Positions 10,662 to 20,204 of a DNA stretch of 64,000 nt are shown piece by piece; the stretch's first letter is position 1, and every line of letters begins with the position of its first letter. The stretch covers positions 192,001 through 256,000 of the forward strand of contig OZ244922.1 in assembly GCA_965221905.1 (NCBI GenBank), given 5' to 3'. Source of the DNA: Chloroflexota bacterium. GTDB taxonomy: Bacteria; Chloroflexota; UBA11872; VXOZ01. Position numbers and translations under genes: made by a program. Below the pieces are notes generated by a model. It had not been told where the DNA came from, did not search any database, and was given only the letters and a program-made list of their open reading frames with translations.

Positions 10662-11379
10662 GGCTCTCTCTTCAATGGTGGTAGAAGGCTGCGGTAGTGT
10701 TTAGTTTGGCTCTGATTCGCGTGATTTGGCGGTGCCTGGCCAGTGCTGGGCTAACGAGCCAGGGTGGGATTAACCGCGTGACCGGCGCAGTGGCGCCCAC
10801 TCCATTTGGCGTGTATTCACCTACCAGATCCTGACGCGAAACGGGCCTTCGCACAACATTAATCTACCAAGACTAGCAAGAGATTGCCAGACTTTGATCG
10901 CTGCATTGTAGCTGGAGGTGTTATGGGCATTGCGGCATTGCGCTGAGCGCGCCTCAACGCGCGGGCATGCTCCCCAGCGTGTCATATTCCTGGTGCATGC
11001 TTTTGTGTGTGGTCAAAAGGCAAAGGATAGGGGGCGGTGTACCTGTTTTTTGGTTGCCTACCTGCCTAATAGTGTCGTTGCTTCACGCCTAAACCCTATC
11101 CCCAGGGCAATCGCGTCTAAATGAGATTTATGTAATGCCATCCGGCGACGTTACCTCTAAGCGTGCGCTTCTTTGCCCTGTCTACGGTGCGACTGCGCCA
11201 ACCAGAGCACCTAAATCTATTGACAGTCGGCTTATATCACGGTATTTTGTGATAAAGGTGCCGCGAAACCAACCAAAAATAAGACGCGATTGCCCTGCCC
11301 TATTCCAGCGTCCTATACGGCCAAACCTGTGATACTCTCAGAACAGAGGGCATGCTTGGTACGGAGTGAGAGAGTGGCT

Positions 11380-11670
11380 ATGGTCTGGCGCAAGGGGGTC
11401 ATACGGCGCGAAACCGGCACGGGTGAACCGGTCACGGTAAGCGGCGTGACGGTCGTGCCGCAATCCCAGGCATTCGCTGTGTGGTTGCCCTTCGGCGGTA
11501 TCCTGTGGAACCGGCCGGTCGGCGTCCTCATCAAGCGTGGCGCGGAGACACGCCGCATACCGATTACGGATGTGAGCGCGACGATATGCCGGGTACTTTT
11601 CGGGATCGGTGTGCTATGTGTCAGTATCGCTATCATTCGGTTAATCCGAGAGAGGGGAGCACGCCCATGA
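11380..11670 (+). CDS. Small membrane-anchored hypothetical protein, partner of the YtfJ-like gene
   Basis: ATG after GAGAG; C-terminal hydrophobic helix; ATGA overlap with the next gene. Confidence 0.65.
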   Translation: MVWRKGVIRRETGTGEPVTVSGVTVVPQSQAFAVWLPFGGILWNRPVGVLIKRGAETRRIPITDVSATICRVLFGIGVLCVSIAIIRLIRERGARP

Positions 11671-12086
11671 GCAAAGAAAAGGACAGTGTACTACGCGGCG
11701 CGATGAGCTCGCAGGAGCAGAGTCAGCGCGTTCTCCAAGACTTGATCGCCGCCGCGCAGGCACGCTCAGTGTTCGGTGAGCCGGTAACGCACGGTGAGTA
11801 CGCGGTAATCACTGCTTCTGAAGTGACGGTGGGGCTCGGCTTCGGCTTTGGTATGGGCAGCGGCTCTTCAAGCGCCGCGGTGGATGAAGAATCCGAAGCG
11901 AGTGGCGGCGGTGGCGGGGGTGGTGGCGGTGGTGGGGCGAGCGGCCGCCCGGTCGCCGTCATCAGCATCGGGCCCCACGGTGTGAGCGTTGCGCCGGTCA
12001 TAGACCGCACGAAAATCGGTCTTGCCTTGATTACCATGCTGGGCGGTATACTCTTGGTGCTGCGCGGCATGCGGCGGCGCCGGTAG
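11667..12086 (+). CDS. YtfJ/GerW-family protein
   Basis: VFGEPV, GLGFGFGMG, poly-Gly followed by RPVAVI; C-terminal TM. Confidence 0.8.
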   Translation: MSKEKDSVLRGAMSSQEQSQRVLQDLIAAAQARSVFGEPVTHGEYAVITASEVTVGLGFGFGMGSGSSSAAVDEESEASGGGGGGGGGGGASGRPVAVISIGPHGVSVAPVIDRTKIGLALITMLGGILLVLRGMRRRR

Positions 12087-12262
12087 CGTCCACCCGGAGA
12101 CCAGGACATTTCGACTATGCGGCTGGCGTCAGGTTCAGCGTTCGCTCTGAGTTTGGCCTGTCCTGAGCTTGACGAAGGGTCGAAGAGAAGTCCGTTCATG
12201 CTGAGGTGGCCACGCTGACTTCGTCAAAGACGCCAAGCCCCTGTCGAACCATGAACGGACTT

Positions 12263-12759
12263 CCCAGCAGACTGTGAAAAGCGAAAGACCCTGCCTGGCG
12301 TAGGGGCAATCCTCGTGATTGCCCTTTTTCTTTCCAGCGACAACGTTTAGGTAGGTAAGCGCCCCTTTAACCGCTATCAGCGGCAACCGCTGCTGCCAAC
12401 GCCGCTTGACAGGACTCTACATCCGCGCTACCCAGCAGACTGTAATAAGCGAAAGACCCTGCCTGGCGTAGGGGCAATTCTCGTGATTGCCCACTTATCC
12501 TGCGCCAACGTTGGGGTAGGCGAGCGCCCCTTTAGCCGATATCGGCGGCAGCCGCTTACGCCAACGCCGTGTGGCAGGCCGCCACGTCCGCGCTACCCAG
12601 CAGACTGTAATAAGCGAAAGACCCTGCCTGGCGTAGGGGCAATTCTCGTGATTGCCCACTTATCCTGCGCCAACGTTGGGGTAGGCGAGCGCCCCTTTAG
12701 CCGCTATTAGCGGCAACCGCTGCTGCCAACGCCGCTTGACAGGACTCTACATCCGCGCT
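12263..12759. repeat. Three tandem ~165-168 bp units that include the 3' end of the aminotransferase gene
   Basis: Units start at CCCAGCAGACTGT (12263, 12431, 12596); each has a GTAGGGGCAAT..ATTGCCC palindrome. Confidence 0.9.
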
Positions 12760-13827
12760 CGTGTTGTAGAAGTGCGGTGAAATACGCACCCGCCCCTCTT
12801 TGTACCAGACTTGCACGCCGGCGTCATGCAGGGCATCTCCGATTTCCCGGAAATGCGGCGTTTCAAACGAGACGATGCCTGCGCGCTGCGTGGGGTCGCG
12901 CGGAGTCAGCGGCGTGATTCCCAGCCGCTCCAAACCGTCGTGCACCTGGCCCGAAAGCTCAAGCACACGCTCCGCGATGTATGGCATCCCAACTTGATTC
13001 AAGAAACCCAGCGCCGCGTGCAGTGTGTAGACCGCGGTGTAATCGAGCAGCCCGGTCTCGAAACGGCGGGCATCATCATGGAAGGTATAGTCGAGGGTGT
13101 TCACCACAGAAGGAGGATCCACAGTGCCGCGCCACCCGGCGTAGAAGGGCTGCACGGCGTCGAGACTCTCTTGTCGGCAGTAGAGGAAGGCCAGCCCGTG
13201 GGTTGCGAGCAGCCACTTGCGGGTGCAGGCGGCGATGAAGTCAACGGCGCCAACCTCCACCGGCACTGCCCCCACCGACTGTGAGGCGTCTACGAGCAGC
13301 AGCGCCCCGTGATCGTGAGCGCAGTCAGCTACGGCCTCGAGGTCTGCTCGGTAGCCCGAACGATAGCTAACGTGGCTGATCACCACCAGACGCGTACGGT
13401 CATCCACATACTCGGCAATGGCCGCCGGAGTAACCGCGCCGCCGGTATGCCGCACCAAGCGTACGTCGACGCCGAAGCGCCGGCCAAGGTGCAGGCACGC
13501 AATGATCGAGCTAGGAAACTCCAGGTCAGTTACGACCAGGTTGTCACCGGCTTCCCAGGGCAGACCGAACAGGATGGCGTTCACGCACTCGGTGGTGCTC
13601 GACAGCAGGGCAATTTCCGCAGCGCTGCACGCCAGGAAATCCGCCACGCGCTGACGGCAGTCGGCCTCGACCACCTGCATTTCCGTGGGCGTGATCGCGC
13701 CCTGCAGCTTCTCCTCGGTGTACTGCTGTAAGGCAGCGGCTACCGTGCGCCCCATGCACGACCCCGCCGCGGTGTTGAGATACACCCGGTCCCGCAGCCC
13801 CGGAAATTCGTCGCGCCAGTCTGTCAT
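12697..13827 (-). CDS. Class V PLP-dependent aminotransferase-fold enzyme
   Basis: YLNTAA, VDASQSVG, RKWLL (PLP Lys), RFETG, RISPHFYN; lacks the SufS catalytic Cys motif. Confidence 0.88.
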   Translation of the reverse strand: MTDWRDEFPGLRDRVYLNTAAGSCMGRTVAAALQQYTEEKLQGAITPTEMQVVEADCRQRVADFLACSAAEIALLSSTTECVNAILFGLPWEAGDNLVVTDLEFPSSIIACLHLGRRFGVDVRLVRHTGGAVTPAAIAEYVDDRTRLVVISHVSYRSGYRADLEAVADCAHDHGALLLVDASQSVGAVPVEVGAVDFIAACTRKWLLATHGLAFLYCRQESLDAVQPFYAGWRGTVDPPSVVNTLDYTFHDDARRFETGLLDYTAVYTLHAALGFLNQVGMPYIAERVLELSGQVHDGLERLGITPLTPRDPTQRAGIVSFETPHFREIGDALHDAGVQVWYKEGRVRISPHFYNTSADVESCQAALAAAVAANSG

Positions 13828-13892
13828 GGTTGGAAGACTCCGCAATGCTGTAATCTGCAGTGAGTGGTGAGAGAGGAAAGAGCTTCTAGGAG

Positions 13893-14444
13893 CTAATCGG
13901 GAGAGCTGTACGCCGCAATGATCTTATCTATCCCTTCTGCGGCTTCTCTAGCAATGCCCATAGGGATGTGCGGCTTTAGCTCATTAACTCTTTGTGCTAC
14001 TTGCTCTATGGATCTTGAATCGTCTTCCTTATTCACGTATAAAGCAGTTCCGAGTTGCTCCAATTCTTTCACCGATTTGGAACCAAGATGAGCAACAGTA
14101 AAGTCGATCTCTTTCCGATGTTTCTCTACGGCGGCGGAAAAACGCTCTTGGAGCTTCTTGCCTGTCCGGGTGGTTACAAGAGTGGGCCCGTAAGGAATGG
14201 GATTTGCGCGAATCTGCAATTGATAGTCTGCTCGCATCGCTGTAAGAGCGTCTCGCAAGTCAAATGAGAAGGGCCCATGTTTGTAGAGGATGAAGTCAAA
14301 ATCAAGCGGCACATGAGTGAGCTCTTGAAGAAGATAGACGGCTTTCTGCAAGTGAGTCTCGCCACACCAGCTTCCAGCGGTTTTCAGTTCGTCTGTAAGT
14401 GAAAGCACTATTGCGTTTCTTCCAAGTCTATTCAATTGACCCAC
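13893..14444 (-). CDS. YwgA/SocA(Panacea)-like protein
   Basis: THLQKAVYLLQE...FILYKHGPFSFDL and ELEQLGTALYV motifs; lower GC than flanks. Confidence 0.6.
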   Translation of the reverse strand: MGQLNRLGRNAIVLSLTDELKTAGSWCGETHLQKAVYLLQELTHVPLDFDFILYKHGPFSFDLRDALTAMRADYQLQIRANPIPYGPTLVTTRTGKKLQERFSAAVEKHRKEIDFTVAHLGSKSVKELEQLGTALYVNKEDDSRSIEQVAQRVNELKPHIPMGIAREAAEGIDKIIAAYSSPD

Positions 14445-14733
14445 GGTCCTCCTCCTTTGCTCTTTCTATAATATCCTCCCTATTCTCATTGAGCCACTTG
14501 GTAGCCCTTTCCCGGTTGCTTGGTTCAACAAAGACGTAGTCAATTGCAGCCTCTGGAAGATTCCCCGAGACCTGAGACTGTGTTAATGACGAGACAATTC
14601 TGCCATCTTTGCTCAATACGGGAAACTCGGGAGTTCCTCCCCCCTTCCTGTCCTGGTCTAGGCGGATATTTTCGGAGCCGGACTCTGCGCATTTGGTGCC
14701 GAGGTCAACGAAAACCCTAGTGATGTGGGAACT
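14428..14733 (-). pseudogene. 5'-truncated remnant, probably the C-terminus of an HD-domain phosphohydrolase
   Basis: Open frame ...GSENIRLDQDRKGGGTPEFPVLSKDGRIVSSL...IDYVFV overlapping the start of the YwgA-like gene; in-frame stop upstream and no convincing start. Confidence 0.45.
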
Positions 14734-14898
14734 TCATATCTGTGACATAGTCCCGCACATGAATTGCTTGGTCATTTGCCAAGTGTTAGTCTCCTTGTGT
14801 GGTTACCCCCTCCCACGTGTGCCCTCTTGCTGATTGGCGCACCTTATTTGAAATCGACAAGCTAATACCTTGCGTGTGCTGTCCCAGGAGCGATCACA

Positions 14899-16851
14899 TT
14901 GACCAGAGAACAGCGGCTGAGTTCTATTGGCATTGCTTTGGCGCTCTTCCTGGGGGCGCTCGATCAGACGATCGTCACCACGGCGTTGCCGCGCATTACG
15001 GAAGAACTCGGCGGGCTAAACTACTACGCCTGGGTGGTGACGGCGTACCTCCTTGCCTCGGTGATTGGGTTGCCGCTCTTCGGGCGTCTTGTGGAGCTAT
15101 TCCCCGCAAAATGGGTGCTGCTTGCCGCTGTGAGCGTCTTTCTCGCCGGCTCCGCGCTTTCCGGTCTGGCACCGGGTATCGAGGCGCTGATTGCCTTTCG
15201 CGCCCTGCAGGGCCTTGGCGGCGGCGGCATATTCGCCCTGGCTTTTTCGTTGATTGGCCTGCTCTTTTCGCCTCGAGAGCGGGGACGGATGCAAGGCATG
15301 CTGGGCGGCGTATTCGGAATCTCCAGTGTGGTGGGGCCCTGGCTCGGCGGTTTCCTGACCGACTTGCTCTCCTGGCGCTGGATTTTCTATATCAATCTGC
15401 CGCTTGGTGTCGTTGCCATCATCTTTCTCGTGGGCTTCATGCCCCGGCTCCAGTCCGAACAGCGCGGCCGCTTCGACCTGCTGGGAGTGATCATGCTTGC
15501 CCTTTGGGTCGTGCCGCTTGTGCTTGCGCTCTCCCTTGGCGGCTCAACCTACCCCTGGCTCTCCGGACAGGTTCTCGGCCTGGTTGCATTTTCGCTCGTT
15601 GGCTTGCTTCTCTTCCTGTGGTGGCAACGGCGCAGCGTTGACCCATTGATTCAACTGAAGCTCTTCCAGATCAAGGTCTTTCGCTGGGCGGTGGTGGGAA
15701 GTTTCTTCTTTGGCGGTGCGTTTCTCGGCTCTGTCGTTTTTCTGCCGCTCTATCTGGTGCACGTGAAGGGATTTTCGGCGACGAATTCCGGCCTTTCAAT
15801 TACTCCCCTCGTATTGGGCGTGGTGGCGGGCAGCATGCTGGGCGGCCAGTTGGCCAGCCGCTTCGGCCGCTACAAGCGGCCGCTCTTAGTGTCGATCTGC
15901 TTCGGCATCATCGCCTTTGCGGCCTTTGCCTTCAATCTGCGTGTCGATACGCCGTTGTGGCAGGTGCTCCCGCTCATGGTAGTGATCGGCCTCAGCCTGG
16001 GACCGTCGCTGCCGCTCTATACGCTTGCCGTGCAGAATGCCGTGCCCCGCAACCGCCTCGGCACTGCCACGAGCACGCTGCAGTTCGTGCGCCAGGTTGG
16101 CTCCACAGCTTCCGTCGCCCTCATGGGCACCGTGCTCGCCGCGACCGTCACTGCATCGGCTACCGAGAATGTGCCGTTTGAAATGCGCGAGCAAATGGGA
16201 GGACTGGCAGTGGATGATGGGAGAAGCATTGGCAACCTAACCGCGGCGGTAGAGGCGCGCTTTGCGGCTCTGGAGCAACAGGTGGTCGCGGCGCTAATCG
16301 GAGATGAGAGCGCTCGGCAAGCGCTGCTGGCAGACCCGGCTTTGCCGCCGGAGTTCGAGTCTCGGCTACAGGCAGGCAGCATTGGCGATCAGGTACGGAT
16401 GGGGCTGGCGCAGTCGCTTGCGCAAATCGAGGCCGCGCTCGCCGGTGATGCAACTGCCCGCGACGCGGCACTGCAGAATCCGCTCATCCCGCAAGAGGTA
16501 AAGACTGTGCTCGCAAACCCGCCTGCCGCCGATTCTGCCCGAGAGGAGCTTCTGAAGACGATCCAAGCGCGCCTTCTGGCGCAGGAAGAGGCAATTGTCA
16601 GCGATGCGCAGACTCAGATAGTCTCCCAGGCCCAGACAGAGCTACGCAGTCGGGCGGCAGAGGTTGCGGCAGTGGTCACGCGCGCAATTCAATCCGGCAT
16701 CACCGCTGCCTTGCAACGCGTCTACATCTTCGCTACAGCTTATATGTTCTTTTGCCTCCTTGCGGCCCTGCTTCTGCCGGACCTCGAGTTGGGAGGCCCG
16801 CCGCAAGCGAGGCGCGAAGATGGGCCGGCGCCTGCAGAAGCGTCGCCATAA
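14899..16851 (+). CDS. DHA2 (EmrB/QacA) MFS drug efflux transporter with long C-terminal loop
   Basis: LDQTIVTTALP, RALQGLGGG, WRWIFYINLPLG; about 14 TM segments. Confidence 0.92.
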   Translation: MTREQRLSSIGIALALFLGALDQTIVTTALPRITEELGGLNYYAWVVTAYLLASVIGLPLFGRLVELFPAKWVLLAAVSVFLAGSALSGLAPGIEALIAFRALQGLGGGGIFALAFSLIGLLFSPRERGRMQGMLGGVFGISSVVGPWLGGFLTDLLSWRWIFYINLPLGVVAIIFLVGFMPRLQSEQRGRFDLLGVIMLALWVVPLVLALSLGGSTYPWLSGQVLGLVAFSLVGLLLFLWWQRRSVDPLIQLKLFQIKVFRWAVVGSFFFGGAFLGSVVFLPLYLVHVKGFSATNSGLSITPLVLGVVAGSMLGGQLASRFGRYKRPLLVSICFGIIAFAAFAFNLRVDTPLWQVLPLMVVIGLSLGPSLPLYTLAVQNAVPRNRLGTATSTLQFVRQVGSTASVALMGTVLAATVTASATENVPFEMREQMGGLAVDDGRSIGNLTAAVEARFAALEQQVVAALIGDESARQALLADPALPPEFESRLQAGSIGDQVRMGLAQSLAQIEAALAGDATARDAALQNPLIPQEVKTVLANPPAADSAREELLKTIQARLLAQEEAIVSDAQTQIVSQAQTELRSRAAEVAAVVTRAIQSGITAALQRVYIFATAYMFFCLLAALLLPDLELGGPPQARREDGPAPAEASP

Positions 16852-17262
16852 TTTGCGTTGGGATGAGGGTTGGCGTGAGACGGCAGGGCACTGAGGGAAG
16901 AGGGTTCGCCCAAGGATCGCGCCTGCGAGCGGCAGGTACAGGTTTGTAACCTGCGCTACGAGGATGGACGCAGGCTGCGAACCCGCGCAACAGAGGATGT
17001 TGGTTGCAGAGATACCCTACGAAGAACGGACGCAGGTTACAAACCTGCGCTACCAAGAGATGCATGGTTGCGGGGCTCAGCACGAACGGAGTCTCTAGTC
17101 ACACACGTCTGATAATGTGCAACTATGCGACTGACAGTGCCTCCCAGAGAGACCCAGACTCGAATCTGCGCCAGCCGCTCAATCGAGAGGCCATAGCCGC
17201 CGCGCATAGCGGCCGGACAGTTGCGTATGGTGTGTATGCTACAATTGAAAAGGCATCTCCCT

Positions 17263-17337
17263 GCCGACGTAGCTCAGTGGTAGAGCAATGGTTTCGTAAA
17301 CCATAGGCCGCCGGTTCGAATCCGGCCGTCGGCTCCA
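17263..17337 (+). tRNA. tRNA-Thr(CGT)
   Basis: GCCGACG/CGTCGGC acceptor stem, anticodon arm ATGGT-TTCGTAA-ACCAT, GGTTCGAATCC, encoded CCA. Confidence 0.97.
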
Positions 17338-17547
17338 TTGGATACCGGCGATGGTCGGGGAGGCGGCGTGAATTCACCCGGATAGCGACTACGCCGTTGC
17401 AACGGAGGCGATTGCAGGGGTGTTTCCGTCTCGGCTTTAATGTGAGAAACTCTAGAAAGTACCATGGCGTAACGCGTGTTCGAGACCATGTGCGCTGCGC
17501 GGGGAGTGGATAGTTTCCGCTCCTCCCTTTCCGCTTGATCCGCCGCT

Positions 17548-18447
17548 ATGGAGTCTACTCAAGGATCGAACCGCAATCCCGATGCCAGCATAGTAGCGCT
17601 TGTGCTTCTCTTGGCGTTGTTGTGGGGCGGCAACTCCGTTGCCATCAAGATCGGATTGCAGGACATTCCGCCGTTGGCGCTGGCAGGCTTCCGTTTCATC
17701 ATCGGACTGGCGGCGGTTACGGGCTGGGCGTGGTGGCAGCGGGTCCGAATCCGACTGGAACCGGGCGAACTGGCACCCCTCATCTATCTATCGCTGATTT
17801 TTCTGCTCCAGATCATTGCCCTCAACGTGGGTACGCACTTCACTACCTCATCTCGGTCTGTCGTGCTCAACAGCACCTATCCGCTCTTTACCACTCTCTT
17901 CGCACACTACCTGATTCAGGGTGACCGGCTGACCGTCCTGAAAACTACGGGCATCCTGCTTGCCTTTGGCGGTGTCACCGTGACGTTTATGGAGAATTTG
18001 AATCTTGGCACACGTGAACTCTTGATTGGCGATGCTATCGTATTGGCAAGCGGCGCTCTCCTGGGTTTGCGGGTAGTCGCAACCAAGCGGCTGGTGCAGA
18101 GCATCCACCCGTATCGACTCTTGATCTGGACCATGCTCTTCACCCTGCCTTGGTTCTTTCTGTTGAGCCTGATCTTCGAGCAGGGCTGGGAGTATCAGCT
18201 AACACTTTCCAGTGTCGCTGCCATTTTGTACCAGGGTCTTGTGGTGGCCGGTTTCTGCTTTGTGGCATGGACGTCAGTGCTGCGGCATTACCGCGCGAGT
18301 AGACTGGTAGTGCTATTCTTTGTGACGCCGCTCTTTGGCGTCGTGCTGAGCAACCTGCTGTTGGACGAGCCGCTGGGCCTTGAGCTAATTTCGGGCGCGG
18401 TGCTTGTAGCAGCCGGAATCTATCTCGTCAATCGTACGAAGGAGTAA
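17548..18447 (+). CDS. DMT/EamA-family transporter
   Basis: LLWGG, GFRF, TPLFGV..LLDEP; about 10 TM in two repeats. Confidence 0.9.
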   Translation: MESTQGSNRNPDASIVALVLLLALLWGGNSVAIKIGLQDIPPLALAGFRFIIGLAAVTGWAWWQRVRIRLEPGELAPLIYLSLIFLLQIIALNVGTHFTTSSRSVVLNSTYPLFTTLFAHYLIQGDRLTVLKTTGILLAFGGVTVTFMENLNLGTRELLIGDAIVLASGALLGLRVVATKRLVQSIHPYRLLIWTMLFTLPWFFLLSLIFEQGWEYQLTLSSVAAILYQGLVVAGFCFVAWTSVLRHYRASRLVVLFFVTPLFGVVLSNLLLDEPLGLELISGAVLVAAGIYLVNRTKE

Positions 18448-18601
18448 GGCAAGGCATCACGCTTGCCGCTCCGCCCTTACTTTGCGCTTTGACACGGCGC
18501 CTGCAGGTGCCGTGCGGCCGTATCGCATTGATGCCCCTGCTTATGCTTGCAAGCTATTGGTGGGAACCTATGCGTTAGACACGTACGGACGCTTGGGGGT
18601 G

Positions 18602-18630
18602 ATGACAAAGGGGGTTTTCACTGCTATACT
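18602..18630 (+). promoter_or_regulatory. Sigma70-type promoter for the tRNA pair
   Basis: ATGACA-N17-TATACT with extended TG. Confidence 0.6.
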
Positions 18631-18671
18631 GATTTTTAGGAAAGCAAATACCTGCTTGCTGCCTGATTTAT

Positions 18672-18755
18672 GGGTCGGTGGGCGAGCGGTCAAAACCACC
18701 AGACTGTAAATCTGGCGCTGTAATGGCTACGGAGGTTCGAATCCTCCCCGGCCCA
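18672..18755 (+). tRNA. tRNA-Tyr(GTA)
   Basis: CCAGA-CTGTAAA-TCTGG anticodon arm, long variable arm, GGTTCGAATCC; CCA not encoded. Confidence 0.96.
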
Positions 18756-18789
18756 CCGCGACGGTTCTCCGCGTATGTGAGAACGTATT

Positions 18790-18864
18790 GGTCCCGTGGT
18801 GTAGTTGGCCCAACACACGGCCCTGTCAAGGCTGAGATCGCCGGTTCGAATCCGGTCGGGACCG
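18790..18864 (+). tRNA. tRNA-Asp(GTC)
   Basis: GGTCCCG/CGGGACC acceptor stem, CTGTCAA loop, GGTTCGAATCC; CCA not encoded. Confidence 0.96.
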
Positions 18865-19026
18865 CCCCTAAGCACAATATCCGGGCAGCGGCTTTCACTA
18901 TACGCAACAACGTGTGAGGATCGTGATTTCACGGTCCTCCTCTTTATTTGTCTGCGTAAGGCACCTGCTACTACTGCACTTTCACGGGTAGAGTATGGTG
19001 TTCCTGCCAGGCCAATCCTTAAGACA

Positions 19027-19062
19027 GAAGAAGCCGCGAGCAGTTGGGCTCGCGGCTTCTTC
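19027..19062. terminator. Strong hairpin between convergent units
   Basis: GAAGAAGCCGCGAGC / GCTCGCGGCTTCTTC 15-bp perfect inverted repeat. Confidence 0.75.
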
Positions 19063-19115
19063 AATTCCGTGCTCTGTTTCGGTGCGTGACCGAAGACAGG
19101 GCTTGCTACGCGCTT

Positions 19116-19586
19116 CTAGCGACCTACCGGCTGGGCTGCAGTCTCGGTAGAATCGATCATCTTGCGCACGCGTGCTTCCTCGCGCTTCTTCTGGGCCCAG
19201 CGCTTGGTCGTGATGAGGCGCTTGCGGCGATATTCGGCGTCGGTGTGGTACTTGTTGCGCACGTAGCACTTGCGACAGCGCAGCGCACGCTGGACAACGG
19301 TACCGCAATCGGTGCAGAATTGTGGTTCCTTGGGCTTCTTGGGCTGCTTGCTCAAGCGGATGCGGCGCAACTCCGCCACGCGCTCTTTATTCTCCCGCGC
19401 CCACCTGCGATTCTTTTCAAGAATCTTGTCTTTGTTGCGCTGGTAGTAACGCTTGAAATAGGTAGAGAGCCGCTCCGCGCGGCCACAGCGCGCACACAGG
19501 CCGGCACGCTTGGACTTGCCGTCACGCTGACCGGAAATGTCAGTGTCACAGCGCGCACACGTTAGAACTTGAACTGTTGCCTCCAT
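19116..19586 (-). CDS. Highly basic protein with two CxxC...CxxC zinc-binding clusters
   Basis: ATG at 19586 after GGAGG; CARC..CARC and CTDC..CRKC; Lys/Arg-rich helices. Confidence 0.75.
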   Translation of the reverse strand: MEATVQVLTCARCDTDISGQRDGKSKRAGLCARCGRAERLSTYFKRYYQRNKDKILEKNRRWARENKERVAELRRIRLSKQPKKPKEPQFCTDCGTVVQRALRCRKCYVRNKYHTDAEYRRKRLITTKRWAQKKREEARVRKMIDSTETAAQPVGR

Positions 19587-20204
19587 CAGATCCTCCAGCG
19601 AAAACTGAACACTAGTACCCGAATACCAAATGCATGCTGCACACGGACGCGGTACGTAGGCGTATCTACTAAGGCAGTAATTTCCTTCTTCTAAAATACC
19701 TCGTACTACTACTTTGTGTGCACTTTCACATGCATTTCCAGGATATCTAAGAATGGCTGCTGCTGTCAAGCTTATGGAAAAACGATTGATGCGCGCTATT
19801 GCAGGGAAAAGTGCCCTTCCGGCCAAATCTCCTCCGCGAAGTTTCCTAAGAGCTTGATAAGAAACTGCTCTTGGGCGGCAGTGTAGCTCGTTGCTGGGTT
19901 ACACCATATAGAGCACCGATAGACCGCATCGCTCAATTGTCGCATACTACAATGTGGGCGAAATTGACAATTTAATGATTGCTCTCCAGAATGGGCGGTA
20001 GATACGGCCAAATCGCCCTTCTTATCTGTATGCGCGGTTTAGGCGGTACGTGGCATTGACATGCTCTCTGCTGATTGCTACGGCTGTTACAACTATCACA
20101 AGCTGGTTTCTAAGCAGCTTGAGTGTTTGTTCAACACAAGGTAATAGACCTGCATTGACCGGTTTAGGCACGGCAATGCTCGCGCTCTCTGACCTGAAAA
20201 TTCT

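Noticed and set aside
12697-13827. Cysteine desulfurase (sufS/iscS) call
   Set aside because: The catalytic Cys loop is absent and there are no suf/isc neighbours.
17263-19100. Integrated element at the tRNA genes
   Set aside because: No integrase and no duplicated tRNA 3' end noticed in the window.
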